A stretch of DNA of 63,631 bases, counting the filler, from Intoshia linei (Eukaryota > Animalia > Orthonectida), in the NCBI GenBank assembly GCA_001642005.1. It is 4 parts of 4 records of this genome, joined end to end, with 100 filler letters (N's around TTAATTAATTAA, not from the genome) between each part and the next. Parts side by side here need not be neighbours in the genome. Positions count along the whole stretch, not along the records: positions 1 to 29,262 come from LWCA01000389.1; 3 more parts are not named here. One strand, written 5' to 3'. Shown piece by piece: positions 1-19,000 of the stretch. Each line of letters begins with the position of its first letter. Position 1 is the first letter of the stretch. The notes under the pieces were generated by a model. It saw only the letters and a list, made by a program, of their open reading frames with translations, made no database searches and was not told where the DNA came from. The position numbers were made by a program, and so were the translations under genes.

Positions 1-199
1 TTTCGTTCAGTGAAAATACGCTCAGAGCTTGACATTTGAAGAGTAAATTTAAGAGTTATTATTATTGCAACATATAATTTAATAGTTACAGCGTCTATAG
101 TTATAATGTTAACGTCTAAATTAATAGAAGTAGCATTTATTTTATTTAAACAGTTTTTTATAAAACTAACTTTTAATTTATTGACAAATATCTATTAAC

Positions 200-537
200 T
201 GAATTTTTATTGTAAATGATGTTAACTTGACCGAGGACCATGTGAGTTAATATGTGGATTCAATAAATCAAAGCAGTTTTGAAAATTTTTTCAATATGAG
301 AAAATGTTTAAATTCTGTTTGGAAAATATCGCTGGATCGTGAAAATTAGAAGTTTTCGAAGTGTACGTGCCCCTTTTGGGGTAAAAATTACATGTGTAAA
401 CATTCTATTGGTATAGCAATACGATTAAGAATTGATGGATATATTGTACCTCGAGAGTCGAAAGCTCTCTCATTGAATGTCAAAAGAAAGAGGGGATAAC
501 CAGCTCAGGGTAATCAAGCTTTGCTGACGCAGTGATA
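200..537 (+). mobile_element. Degenerate MULE/Mutator-like transposase C-terminus (SWIM zinc finger + AT-hook)
   Basis: Manual translation from ~356: SKCTCPFWGKNYMCKHSIGIAIRL...KRKRG*PAQGNQALLTQ*. This shows a CxCx(n)CxH SWIM motif and a KRKRGRP-type tail with an internal stop. The 5' boundary is approximate. Confidence 0.7.
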
Positions 538-1345
538 AATTAAAAGTTCATTCACAAAATTAAAAATAACAATATAAATGTTTTTAGTTATTTTATTTTT
601 AATTTTATTTAATTAATTAATATTAATAATTATGCTAATTATAATTATATAAGCGGGATTAATTAGACATTGTAACTATTAACATTAAATGTAAATCAAA
701 TTTTGCAATAATAATAACTCCAAAATTTACTTGAAAATGTTAATGCATAAAAAAACGGCTTATGAGAAATGTTGATTTGTGGTGATCCACAGAAATTTAT
801 AAATTGATTCAAACGTTTCGAATATTAAGTTAGATGGTACAATAATTATATTACACGCTTAAGCATTAAATTAGACGACCACAGTACTTTTTAAATAATG
901 TTAAATTAATTAAATTATGCGTTATAAATATTAAATTAGACGCTGAAACTATTAAATTAGTCGAAGCATTAAATAGTATCCTAAATTTAATGTGTTTTTT
1001 AAGTAAATGTAAATTTTTACACTCACTTTTTGAATGTTCTAAGAAAGACCATGCAAATACATTGAGAGAAGATGTAAAGTGTCTTGAATTACAAAAAATT
1101 GGCTATGGGAAATATGTATATTCTAAATTTTAAAACTAAATAACAGCATTATAGGATGCATGCCTGGACCATCAAAAATTTGAGATTCTTCTTAAATATG
1201 AGATTTTAGGAAGTAAGAGAAAAATTGGTTAACTCTGCAGAGTGTAATTCAGTAGTAGACAATGAATAAGTTCCAAATTCATTACCAAAGTAAAATAAAT
1301 TGTATGACTTGTTATATTTTTCTGAAACACTCCTTCACCGTAGAG

Positions 1346-3560
1346 CAGTGGCTACCAAACTATTTTGTCATGGGGGATCGGGTAAACTAAAAAAAAATTT
1401 GCGGGCCAGATAGAAAAGATATATGACGGTATTTTAAGTTAAGTAAAAGTACAATAAGTTAATGAATTAATAAATTTCTCATAATCTAGAAATTACACAT
1501 TGATAGTATATAATTAAAATCTAAGTCGATGATAAATGATAATTTGTAAGATAAAAATGATATAATAGCAGTATTTATACTTTTAATTTAGATTAATGAG
1601 AATAATTTAATTTAAATTTTGATTTCAATATATTTTCATAATTTGGTTTAATGTTGGTAGTACCAATAGTTAATAAGACCTGTAAATGTTTATCAGTTAA
1701 GTTCGATCTGTGTGAGGATTAATATATTTCATTTTAGAGAATGTCTGTTCACACAAGTAAGTTGTTCCAAATATTGATAACATGCCTCTTGAAAATTTTT
1801 TAATACATAGATTATCTTTAGGTAAAAGATATTTGTTAAGTATATTAATGATTTTTGTTTGTATATCTCAACCAAACAAGCATTGTTTTGTAAATTTATT
1901 AATTCCATCTGATAGTCAACCGCAACTACTTGTACATTAGTCATAAATGGGGTCTGCAAAAGACTAATGTCACTATTCATGTTGTCTATAAATACAAATC
2001 TATAGAAAAATTGACGTTTCAAACAGATAACTATTTCGTTTGCAAAACTTTGGTTTACTACTAACCCTTAGTCTTCAATGTATTTTTGTAGAATAGGAAA
2101 ATGAGCAAAATTAGAATGTCACTATTCATGTTGTCAATGTTTACAAATCTATCGAAAAATTGACGTTTCAAACAGATAATTATTTCGTTTGCTACGTCGT
2201 TAATTTGAATTTTATATAACTCCTGTTTTCTCCTAAATCTATTGATATTGTCATAAAGATGATGAATAAGATTTTGATTTCCTTGAAATTTTAAATGCAG
2301 TATGTTGATGTGATTAAGGATATAAACTAAAATTGCTAACTTCAGGAGCCATTTAGTATCTAATAATAGTGCATCACATATTCCTTTTTTGTTCAAAAAT
2401 TAATAAATTTCACACCTAAGTTCAAAAAAGCGGCTAAAAACTTTACCACAGCTTAACCAACGTATTGCCGTTTAGTATTGCAAACTAGCATACTCTGCAC
2501 CGATTTATTGTAGAAATATTTTAAATTCATGATTTAATCAAATTAAATATTTAAATGACCGGTTTGAATATTTCACATACAGTAATCTCTACACAACTCG
2601 CCAACTCTGTATCTCGCCATACGATTATTACTGTAATATAGAAATATTAACATTTTATTCTATAACTCGCCATTGATTTAAAATATAAAACTAAAATTTT
2701 TAAAACCATTTTTCAGAATTAGTTACGATTTTATGTACTGATGTTTTAAATCGCGTTGAAATTTAAAATGCTTCTAAATCGCAAAAGAGAAGGTTTAATG
2801 ATGCAGATGAATAATAATTTTATTTAAAAAGGGGAATCTGTATAGTACACTTACAAAAAATTGTATTTATATTATATTCTATTTACTGATTTAATATTTA
2901 GTAAACCTAATTTTAATTAAAATGTAATTTTTAGAAATTATTTAATTAAAAAAATAATTAATTAATTTCAGCTGCAAAAATGTATTTTTTGATACGATAG
3001 ATTTTAATTATTTTGTATTAAATTTTACAATTTGTGTTACAATTTACGATTTTATTGCAATTTAACGTTTCATTTAAAGGTTTTATGTGTTGTTTCTATT
3101 GTTTTAAATCCTTTATCTCGCCAAAGTTTTCGAAGTCCCAAGAATGGCTAGTTATAGAGAAAATACTGTTTATCTAAATATTTGTTTTGGTATAACCGTT
3201 ATACCGTTATAATAACCCAATGTATGAAATAGGATTTTTCCAACCGTTAGAATCAAATATAGTTGATATTTGTCCTATAAGGCCTATGTGTATACCAGAA
3301 ATGTTACGTCCTCCATCAATGGTAGCACATCGAAGATTATAACATTTTAAAGTATTTTCAACTTCAATAAATATGTCTGATCTGCGAGTGGCTCCATACA
3401 TACTGCAAACTGATGCTAACTATTGTGTAATATTAAATTTACAATCAATACCACATAAAAATATTACAAGTTGCGAAATACTTGTAATGTCAACAGATTC
3501 ATCAATTACAAGTGAATATGAATAAAAATTAGCACAGAGTTCAATAATTTGTACAGTTTC
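1346..3560 (-). mobile_element. Degenerate hAT (Buster/SPIN, GTF2IRD2-like) transposase remnant
   Basis: Fragments include ATIDGGRNISG, WLSCGKVF.RFFELR, KWLLKLAILVYILNHINILHLKFQG and FG(T)TY.CEQ. A hAT-like end CAGTGGCTACCAAACT sits at 1346. There are many stops and frameshifts. Confidence 0.8.
2580..3168. mobile_element. Tc1/mariner (Tigger/pogo-type) MITE nested in the hAT remnant
   Basis: Imperfect TIRs CAGTAATCTCTACACAACTCGCCA ... TGGCTAGTTATAGAGAAAATACTG, preceded by TA. Confidence 0.65.
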
Positions 3561-3570
3561 GGACAGTTAA

Positions 3571-3980
3571 TTATTTCAAATTTTTTGTTTTAATAAAATA
3601 TTTCGGAAAAAAATATATGAATACTAAAATGCTTTTTTGACTGTGAAGGCGTACTTATTCAGATGGAAATATTTTGTGTGTATTCACAGGATACAACTGT
3701 ACCACCGGTAATTTTTTTAAATTATACGGCTGTTATCAAAAAAAAAAGGGTAATTTGTGGTTTTGGTTCTGAAGATATAATTTTTTTGAATTTAAATTTT
3801 TGATTTCAAAATCCGTATTAGCATATATATTTGTATAAATTCTCCAACTCGTTTGATTTTCAAAAATAAGGACAATTGGGGTTTTTGATCCGTAAGATGC
3901 GAGTTAGGGAAGTTGAACTTTATCTTATTATTACCCCAAAAAAAACTATAATTGAAATATGGACTTTGATGTTTATAAAA
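3571..3980 (-). repeat. Partial inverted copy of the Helitron-like repeat family
   Basis: Its reverse complement matches 37700-38070 and 41740-42060 (e.g. CTTCACAGTCAAAAAAGCATTTTAGTATT, TCAAACGAGTTGGAGAATTT). Confidence 0.65.
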
Positions 3981-4063
3981 TAAAATAAATATGATATAAG
4001 TAAGGACAATACACTTTATAGAATACAGTGAAGGTTATAGTTCAAAGCAGGAAGCCAATAATG

Positions 4064-4812
4064 CAGTGGCGTAGTGTCATAGTGTGCAAGGTGTTTGCCG
4101 AACACCCTAAACAATTTAAAATTTAAAAAAATTATATTTACATATGATTGTTATATTATATTTATGTTAATAAGTAACATAATTTTTATAATTTAAGTTC
4201 GATATCATATCATAGTTTCTATTCAATATTCATATAAAAACTCAATAATAAATTATCTGTTAAAATCGATCTTAAAAAAACTACAGTACAAAATGTTAAA
4301 CTCATAATAAATTTGTACATCGTAAAAATTGGATAAATATATTCTATAGGATTTAAATTCTAAAATTATAACTATAATTAGTTAACTTAAGGTGTCTTGA
4401 AAATTTAGCGAACACAATTTCATAGTATCTAACGATAAATTTATCCTAACATTTATAATATGAAAGTATTTTCTATAGAGATTTACATTGCCAAATTTTA
4501 CTTAAGGTGTGTTGAAAATAAAATGAACAACTTACGCTTAGATATAGATTTAGACATTAATTTAAATACAGTATTCTATTTCTAATTCGTCAAAAATTTT
4601 TATTTACAAGAATGAAACAAATTAAATTCATATCAAATACAAGTTATCTTTCAAGCATACTTTATAGAAGTGGTTTTCAAATTTTCTGTGTTTGCGCCCC
4701 CTTATGAACATTTCTATATATTTCGGTATTAATTTTAACTTTATTTAAAAATATTATGTTACCAAGGAACCAGTACCGCACACCTTGTGAGAAAAGTCAC
4801 GCTACGCCACTG
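4064..4812. mobile_element. hAT-type MITE with perfect 8-bp TSD
   Basis: TIRs CAGTGGCGTAG...CTACGCCACTG, flanked on both sides by CAATAATG (4056-4063 and 4813-4820). Confidence 0.9.
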
Positions 4813-5670
4813 CAATAATGACGATAATTTTGTTCAATAAACAACCAAAACAAAAATTGAATTTAGGTGTAACCGTATAAACTAATTAAAAAATATAGAA
4901 ATAAATAAATAGATAATATGATGATAACGCCGAATATCGATTGATAAACACAAAATTTGAACAATAAATACACAAAAAATAAGAATATTGTCTGAGAAAT
5001 GAAAATATGGCACGACTATTGTGATTATAATTATAATTATCAATGAACCGAGTTGTGCACTAATTTACAAAGTCTAGCAATTAAATGTTGATCTTAAAAC
5101 ATCAATTGAGATGACAATCCTACTAAAACTAGTCACACACTACACTAGCCAAAATAGTTCTAGCCTCAAAATTACAATTTTGATTTTTGAATGAACCATA
5201 TTATCAATCATAATTTACTTTGATGTGGCGATAAATATAAACTAATTCAATTACCAAGATGAATAAATATAAATCAAATTTTATAAAAATAATAACTTTA
5301 TGACGATTAAATATTTATTTGATACAACAGTTTATTTAAGGTATATTTATTTTACATGTAGACTATTTTTTATTTGAAGAATTTGTCACATTTTGAACAG
5401 ATTTTTACATTTTTTAAATCGTCTCGTGTAGACAGCTATTTCAAAAATGTTAATTGTCTACCCAATATAGTGTACATTTAAAATATACTTTTTAATTTTT
5501 CATAATGTGTAGATAATTTTAAATATTTACAAGATATTTGAAGTATAGTGAGGTTAAAACGTTTACATTTTATATTTAAATTGATAAATCGTGATTATTT
5601 ATACATTTTTCATTAAATTTGACCACTTTTAAATTTAATTTTAGAAAATGAAATTTTAATTATATTTATT

Positions 5671-6315
5671 ATGCCGACAACACGTGATAACCTGTTTCAA
5701 ATTCAAAAAAAAATTAAAAAAAAGTATCAAATTCAAAATAAACATGAAATACTACAAATTAATCCTACTCGAACTAAAAATCATTATGTCGATTTTACCT
5801 GCGATAATTTAAATTATAATCAAAATTTACATACAAATGCCGACCTTTCTTTATCAAGAGATGCTGCAGATATTAAAATTGATTCTACCCATCTCAAGAA
5901 TGAAAATATTTACAAATCTACACGTACAAATTTATTAAACCACCAAACACAATTTCTAGAAAAATTCAAATTTGAATATGTTTATTTAACTCCAGGTGTA
6001 AATTTGAATGATATTCTTAAAAAACGAAAAAAGAGACTTAAATTTAAATACCTTGATTCTGTTATTAAAACAAAGACAAAAAATGTGTCAAAATCAAAAA
6101 CCAATGTATACTTTTCTAATGTGGTCGATACGACGCGGGAATCTTCTTTAAAATGTAATCCTTGTAATTTTGAAACTACTGAATCCATTAAAATTCACCC
6201 CACCTCAAGAAAACCGTATAAAACAATATACGAGTATATTCAAAATTTCCTTGTGCATATTTTTCATTTCATTTCCAGATTCAGGTACAAAGATACTAAA
6301 TCTAGTATAAATTAA
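5671..6315 (+). CDS. Hypothetical basic protein (214 aa ORF; possibly a terminal exon)
   Basis: A 645-nt open frame is unusual at this AT content, but no recognisable domain is present. Confidence 0.4.
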   Translation: MPTTRDNLFQIQKKIKKKYQIQNKHEILQINPTRTKNHYVDFTCDNLNYNQNLHTNADLSLSRDAADIKIDSTHLKNENIYKSTRTNLLNHQTQFLEKFKFEYVYLTPGVNLNDILKKRKKRLKFKYLDSVIKTKTKNVSKSKTNVYFSNVVDTTRESSLKCNPCNFETTESIKIHPTSRKPYKTIYEYIQNFLVHIFHFISRFRYKDTKSSIN

Positions 6316-7597
6316 ATATTTTGTTCATATGTGTATATAAAATAAAATTTTTAAGTTGTCTAGATTTGGTTACAGGTTGGAATTACTTAGGTCAGGACCG
6401 GATAGAGGTGTAAGGGCTTGTTATGGAGCTTACTACATGTGAAGTGATAGAATGACAAAATTTTTTATTGTTAAAATTGGATCACGGGTAAAAAGCCTGA
6501 TATAGAAAGTAAAGAAATTTGGCATACAAATCAAATTTAACTCATTTAAAGCAAATTTCAATGAAACAACCCAACAAACGTTAATTTATTTTGAATTGAT
6601 AAATTTGTAAATATTTTCCATTAACCAAAATATTAACTCAATTGACATTTCTGATAGAATTAATAATCGCATTCATTGAATTTATGAAGTAATGGGAACC
6701 ATATGGCAAACAATACTTTTAAGAAACATATTTTAGAATGTCAAATATATTATTGAAATAATAATTTAAGCCTCACGCTTTACCTATTTTCGCTAAAGCA
6801 TATTATGCTTTTTATGTTAACATGATATAGACAACCATATGTGTTTAGTTGTCTTATGAGAACAGGTTTATAGCTTGACATGTGATACATTGCACACGGC
6901 ATTATGAATGTCACGCCATTTTGTTTATTATAATACCAAAATCATGGTCCATGGTTTTATCCAGTGGTTATCAACCTTTCTTAGAATTACCTTACTCTAA
7001 ATTCAAGTTTATCAATTTTTTAAACAAATAAATTCGATAGTCGCAAAGTGCCTTTGCTACGCCTTGGTTTTGAATCTTTTTAGGTTTGGATACTTTTATT
7101 TACCTTATTAAGTTAATTTAATTTTTATTCTATGTCTGTCTGTTATCTTTTAAATAAATAGTGCTAGAATTTAAAAACCCAATTTATCATAGTTTTTTTT
7201 CAGTGATGTTTTATCGCAAATGTCATTTTCAGAAATTGAGTCCTTCATGGCCAAAACCCACAGGTTAATTTTTTTTAAAAAATGAAAAGTTTTTATTTTT
7301 AATAAGAATTTATAAAAAATCACACCTAATACAGTTATTTCAAGTTATCATACACAAAAAATTTCAATCGCTTAAAATGACGCCTTCACGGCAAAAAGAC
7401 CACTCTAGTACTCATTTTACGTCTAATTATAATCATATTTGATTACAATTAAATATAGGATCGTTAGTTTTGTAGTTAAATTTAAATTCGAAAGAATAAA
7501 AATTAAATTTTCCAAGGACCATATTGACGATCACAGTCTTAACAAATCATTTTTTCGGTTAAATTTCATCAATGATATTTGTACAATGTACATTTAT

Positions 7598-12909
<5,312 letters not shown>

Positions 12910-13097
12910 TTTATTTCCTTGCTTTATTTATAAATATTCTAATGGTTACTTGGTTTATATAATTAACATAAAATATACAATTAAATTATTACATTAAAAT
13001 CTAATACAAAATGTATTAAATAAATTATTTTCGCAATTTAATAAAAATTTAAGATTAAGTTTAATTTGCAAGGAACACAATTGTCAAATTTACATAA

Positions 13098-16000
13098 TTA
13101 ATAATTTATTATATTTACAGATTCGTAATTTATGTACATTTGTGAATCCTGAATATTTTTAGGTATAAGACTGTATAAATATTTAATTCTTTCATAATGC
13201 TAAATAAAAAAATTTAAATTATTGAAATCATATTAATTACAGTGTACTGGACTGAATCTCTATCACATTTTTTAAGGTATTCAAGTTCAAAAGTTTTGAC
13301 AATTTTTTTTATGGTTTTGATGGGATAATCAGTCAACTTGTTTAAATAATTAAAGTCTTTAAATGAATCTTCCAACTAAAATTATATGATAAAATGAATT
13401 GATAGTTGCAAATACCCGTAGTTGTTCTTTTAGCATAAATTCTACAATAATTACTCCAAAATTCAGTGCTAGTTCCATTTTTTCAATTGAAGTCAAAATA
13501 ATCAGACATCTTTCAGGACTTAAACTCTAATAATAAATAATATTTAAATATATATCTGGGAACGTCCGATTTCTATGTAGCTAGCTGTGACTGTTGTTAT
13601 TACGAAATCAGGATGGTATTTAACCAAAAAAATAAAAATATTAATTAATTTACCTTGTTAATTAATAATATTTAAGAATAAATGATACAGTATAACCATT
13701 ATTTGTGCACTTTTTCGAAACCATGATAATTTCATAATATATTTGTATTTTGTTAAAAGTACGTCAAATAAACCTCAACAGTGAAACAAATCTTAATACA
13801 ATGAAAAAATTAATTTCGCAATTAGTAGTTACTGACGTATTCATGTATAAATAATATAATAATTTACCAGTAATTGATACCAAATTTCTTTTTTAATTTC
13901 CATTTTATATTTAACACAATATTCGGCAACATATTCATAATAATATGATTTTATATCGTCCCTTAAATTGTCTAAATATGTTTCAAGCGTAGTCCATAAT
14001 TTATTGTATTTTTTTAGGTTTAATTCAGCTAATCTATTAATATATTAATTATAAATTGAAAAACGACTTATCGAAAAAACTGAGGGAAAAACAATTACAA
14101 AGTTTTAAACAATTCTAAATATAAATTCCTAACGATTTTGATTAATCTTAAATTTTACTTGATTTTCATTAAATGTATGTTCATGAAGAAAAATCAATAT
14201 CAGACAGTTCCAACATGGTTGTCAAATTGTCACAAAAAAAACAATAATCCATCTACAACAGGTGTTTTCGATTCAAATAGTGTACGGACCCTATTTCAAA
14301 ATATTTATTTTTTGGACCCAAAAGAAACATTAACTATACAACATTTAAGAAAAAATAAAAGGTTTTTTCTTATAAGATTTGGTAAAATAGTGTTTTTCAA
14401 AAAATTATTGGATAAAGCTGATTTTTGCCTTAATTTAGGTTTTATTAAATGTAATTAACGGTGGGATAAAAGTAGGTCTTTTGATATAATAATGTAGTGG
14501 TCATCTAGACCACCCATTCTCAACGGGGTCCACAGCACTTTTTTTGGGGTCCTTGAAAATTATATACATTTATTACATATTATAGACATTTTCAGTAACA
14601 TAAAGTCGTTTTTAAAATATAAAGGGTCAGAAATACTAATATATAACGTGAAAATCATGTAAACGTAAATTCTTTGGTATAAAATTAAATTACTCACAAG
14701 TGTAAAAACTTATTGGGAAACCTTCATTGTTCTATTTTAAAAGCAGCGGTTTTATTTCATTATTTTATTAAAATTTATGACCGAGGCAAGTTTCTAGTCA
14801 TAAAAAAAGCTTTAAATTTCAAATTGAAAATGGGACAAAAAATCAGTCAATATTCATAATTCTATGAAACATCAACCAAGGGATATAAAATATTAATTCT
14901 TCACAGGAAAGATAGATAATATAGAATTTTTATTGATCTGATAAAATATGTAGTAAACAATACCTAAAAAACATGTTCCATTTTGGGAACATTGACGAGT
15001 TAAAAGTTAATATTAATAGTTCATCAAGTTTATCAACTGGCAAAAATAGAGTACTCCATGTCTTTTGACCATCATTCGTTTCACTCAAATGTAATGATTC
15101 ATTAAAAATTGTCATTATTATTAATTTTTTTGGGGGTCCACAGGTTTTATGTAATATCATCTTAGGAGTCCAAAGACTCAATCAGGAACCACTGAATTGT
15201 ATTGTTTAAAAATAGTAATAGTGGCAAAAGTAAAAGGTTCAGTATGAGTGATTTAATGTATATTATTTATATCAACGTTGATATTAAAAATTACTTAATA
15301 TTGGATTCTTGAGTAGACTTGTCGTATAAATTCCAATGAACAGCCAATCTAAACATACAATAAAAAATTAATATAATCAATAACAAAACAAAAAAAAATA
15401 CGATTTAGCATAATCTTTAAAGAAGCAGTCCATTTTTAAATTTGGATTGTAAACATACAAGGTGAACGCGTAATCGTATCGGTTCACTTTACATAAACAA
15501 TTTAGAATTGTTTGTAAAGATCCCTTTTGACCAAATAAATCTAAATTAAATTAAAAAATATATACAAAATTCCATCATTATAAATATACAACGAATCGCA
15601 ATAATTCCCTTATTTTGCATACATAATGAGCAATATAGTACACACAAAGTAGTAAAGTACCTGCACACGGTTTTATTCAGATTGACAATAAAAAATTTAG
15701 TAAATTTATAGTTAATTACCGGAATATTTAAAATTGTATGTGTTGATCAACAAAATTTTAGCATTTAGTGCCGAATGCTCATATTTCAAGTCATCAAGAT
15801 TCATATACAAAGGTTCGTATCCTATTTGAAAGATTAAATCAAAAAATTTGAACATACCATATAACTTGATTGCAAATAGTTTAGAATTTTTGTTCCACTA
15901 AACATTACAATAACAAAAAGTTAATTTAATACAAGAAATATATTTTAGTATAATTATAAAATACGGTCAAATAGATATAGTTTAGATAAAAAATATTAAT

Positions 16001-19000
16001 CAATTATTACTATATAATATACAGTGTTTCCTAATTGTAGAGTCTGGGAACCTTCACAAATTTATGAAGAGTTTAGATAAGGTGGGAAAATGCATCTTTC
16101 TGAATAATTTGAATTATTTTCCATTTAAAATATTAATTTTTATTAAAATAGGATTTTCAGAAAAATATTGGGAAAATCTATTTTTTTTTCTTAAGGGTTG
16201 CTAACATTAGGTTTTTTTTGAGATCAGATAGAGGAATTTTTGATCTAAAAGTTTGGTAAAATTGGATTTTTTCCCTAAGGTTGGGTTTTTCTCATAATAT
16301 TTTACTAAATTGAACAAAATATGCTAAAAATTTATGATTCACCACCAATCATCAAAAATTGTTCGCCCCTTGGAGTGACCAGTAACCCCATAAGAAGCAC
16401 TGCTGTATTTGATTAAATTTATTTAGAAGGGTGCGGCCTTATTAAATTTTTTGAGACGTTAGTGCGGCCTTTGAAAAGTAAATTCTTCCCCACCTCTGGC
16501 ATACATTAATGTAATGTTCATTTTGTACCAACAGTAGTTAACTCTGCTGAGAGTCGACTTTTAAATTTATTGTAAGTTTTTGAGGTTTCAATTTATGAAA
16601 ATGCTCATAATTTTAAAAATTATCCAGAATGTTTTATACAATTCTGTGACTTTTTTATTTTGAAAAAAAAAGTAAATTTGTAGGTTTGACCATGAAACTG
16701 TAAGTTTTTGTGATTGAAATTTACGACAATACTGTTAAAACACGTCCCAAAATTTAAGTTCTTTAAAATTTTAAGACTGATTTTATTATTTATTAAACCA
16801 AAAACGGTAATTTAAATTTTTAATATTAAAGGATCAATTTTTGACAATGAAATTTTCGATAAAACATCACTATCGAAAAACTGTATTAGAAATTTGGTTT
16901 TTTTAATTCTAAGACTTTTAATTTTAAAATAACACTACACATTCAATTTTATATAAGTAAAGGTAGATGAGATATGTGTCATACATAATGTTAAGAAAAC
17001 TTGTAAGAATTGCCAAGCTTTAGTGGTATCACCAGTTATATAAAATAAATATCATTACATCGAATTTCGACAATAGAAGCTTTAAATTTGTAATTTATTC
17101 TTTTGATTAAACTGTTATATCAATACACTCAAAAATTGACCGTTAGGTCATTTCATGAAGTGAGACCTGGAATTTTTTAAGATTGAAAGTGAAATGTCAT
17201 AAAAAGGGTTTGGAAACACTGTTGTATAGTCAATTTTGTCAACTTGACTAGTTATTTTTTTCAAAAACATTACCCTTTTTTTAAAAACCACAATAGAATC
17301 ATCACTAGCTTCAATCAGGGCTGAAAGAACCATAGAAAGCCATATTAATGGCCCATAAACGATATCCTTCACCATTGCATTAGCATTTTTAACAATACCA
17401 TAATTATCATGAATATAAGAGTAAACACAGTCCATAAACAAAGTATATTCATCATATAATAATTGGCAAGCTAAATATGGTCACGAAATAATTTCACAGG
17501 ATATACCTTCTGTGAACCTGGAAGATTCTTTTAATAATATATACAAAACATCTACATATTTTCCACGGTTTAATTTATTCAAATCACTCAAAATTTCTTC
17601 CAATATTGTAATAAACTAAATAAAACACAAAATAATATATTGGATTTAGGTTTTTACTAAAAAAGTAGTTTATCGCATAAAATCTATTATGTAATACTTG
17701 TATAACAATGACCTATACAAATTAATTATTATAAACGGGAATGTAACCACCGTACTATTTTGGGATACGTTAAAACTTGAGAACCACTTATAAATAATAT
17801 AATTTGTTTTAAAATACCTTGTAAGTTATTTCATCCGTTAAATTAAGCATTAACACCATACTTAATTTATTTAATGAATCAAAATGACCAATTATATCTT
17901 TTAAACATTCATTTTTACTAAAATATAATTAAAAAATAAGATCTAAGTTTTATTATGATAATTGTAATTGTATTCGTTGTAAAATGTTCAACCGGAACAG
18001 ACTTTAAAGATAAGCATTTTAAAAAGATTTTTTCTAAAAACCAAAAAAATAGTAAAAATTAGTAGTCTGGTTGATAAAATTGTGGTTGAATCGGATAATA
18101 AAAAAATTGGTGTTTCATATTAATAAATGCATCATAGTGTAAGATACAAAAAACTACAGGAACCACGGAGATAATGTACCATCACTATTTTTATACGTAG
18201 AACTTTAGTTTAAAATGAAATATTAATCGAAGTGTATTCTATATTGAATATCTAACAATATATAAGATTGTATACCCTAAAATAAGAATTTAATATAGCA
18301 TAGTTTCTTTATTTCCATATTAACCCATATACTCCCAGTGTGACCATATGGTCACACAACATTACATTTATAAAAACACGTATCAAATTGAAACAAAGTT
18401 AATTAAATATAAAAAATTAAATTAATTAGTATATTATATAACATTCGAGTATATTAGTTATAAGTTTTCACCGATTAGCCTCCTGTGTCACTGACAGTGG
18501 GCCAAAATGATTTTTCAAAGCAAAAAAAAAATTCACTGAAAAAATTTTTTTTATTTTTTTGTTAAAGTTGTGATAACTGAATTTAATGAATATCATATGA
18601 TGAATTCATGTATTGGCTACAATTTGATGAAATAATTAGGTATATTGACATGCGGTTTTATATATACACGCTTTTATTTGCCTTATTCTCCCAATGTGAA
18701 CATATGAAATGTGAACATATGGAATGTGAAATAACTCCATAACTACAATTGGTAATTACCTAAAATTATATATGGTGAAAAATAGACAAGTATGTAATAA
18801 CTTAAAACACGAAATATTTAAATTTTGTAAACACAATCTGAAGTTAATTCAGATTCTCAACACGACTAAAAATTCCTTTTGAATGTGATGGTATATATTC
18901 AGTATCTGCTTTCGATATGTAAAAAATACTTTGTATCAAAATGCAAAAAAATTTTGGTGGTAATTTTTCATTTTCGGTGGCCTCAATATTGGTAGGTTCA

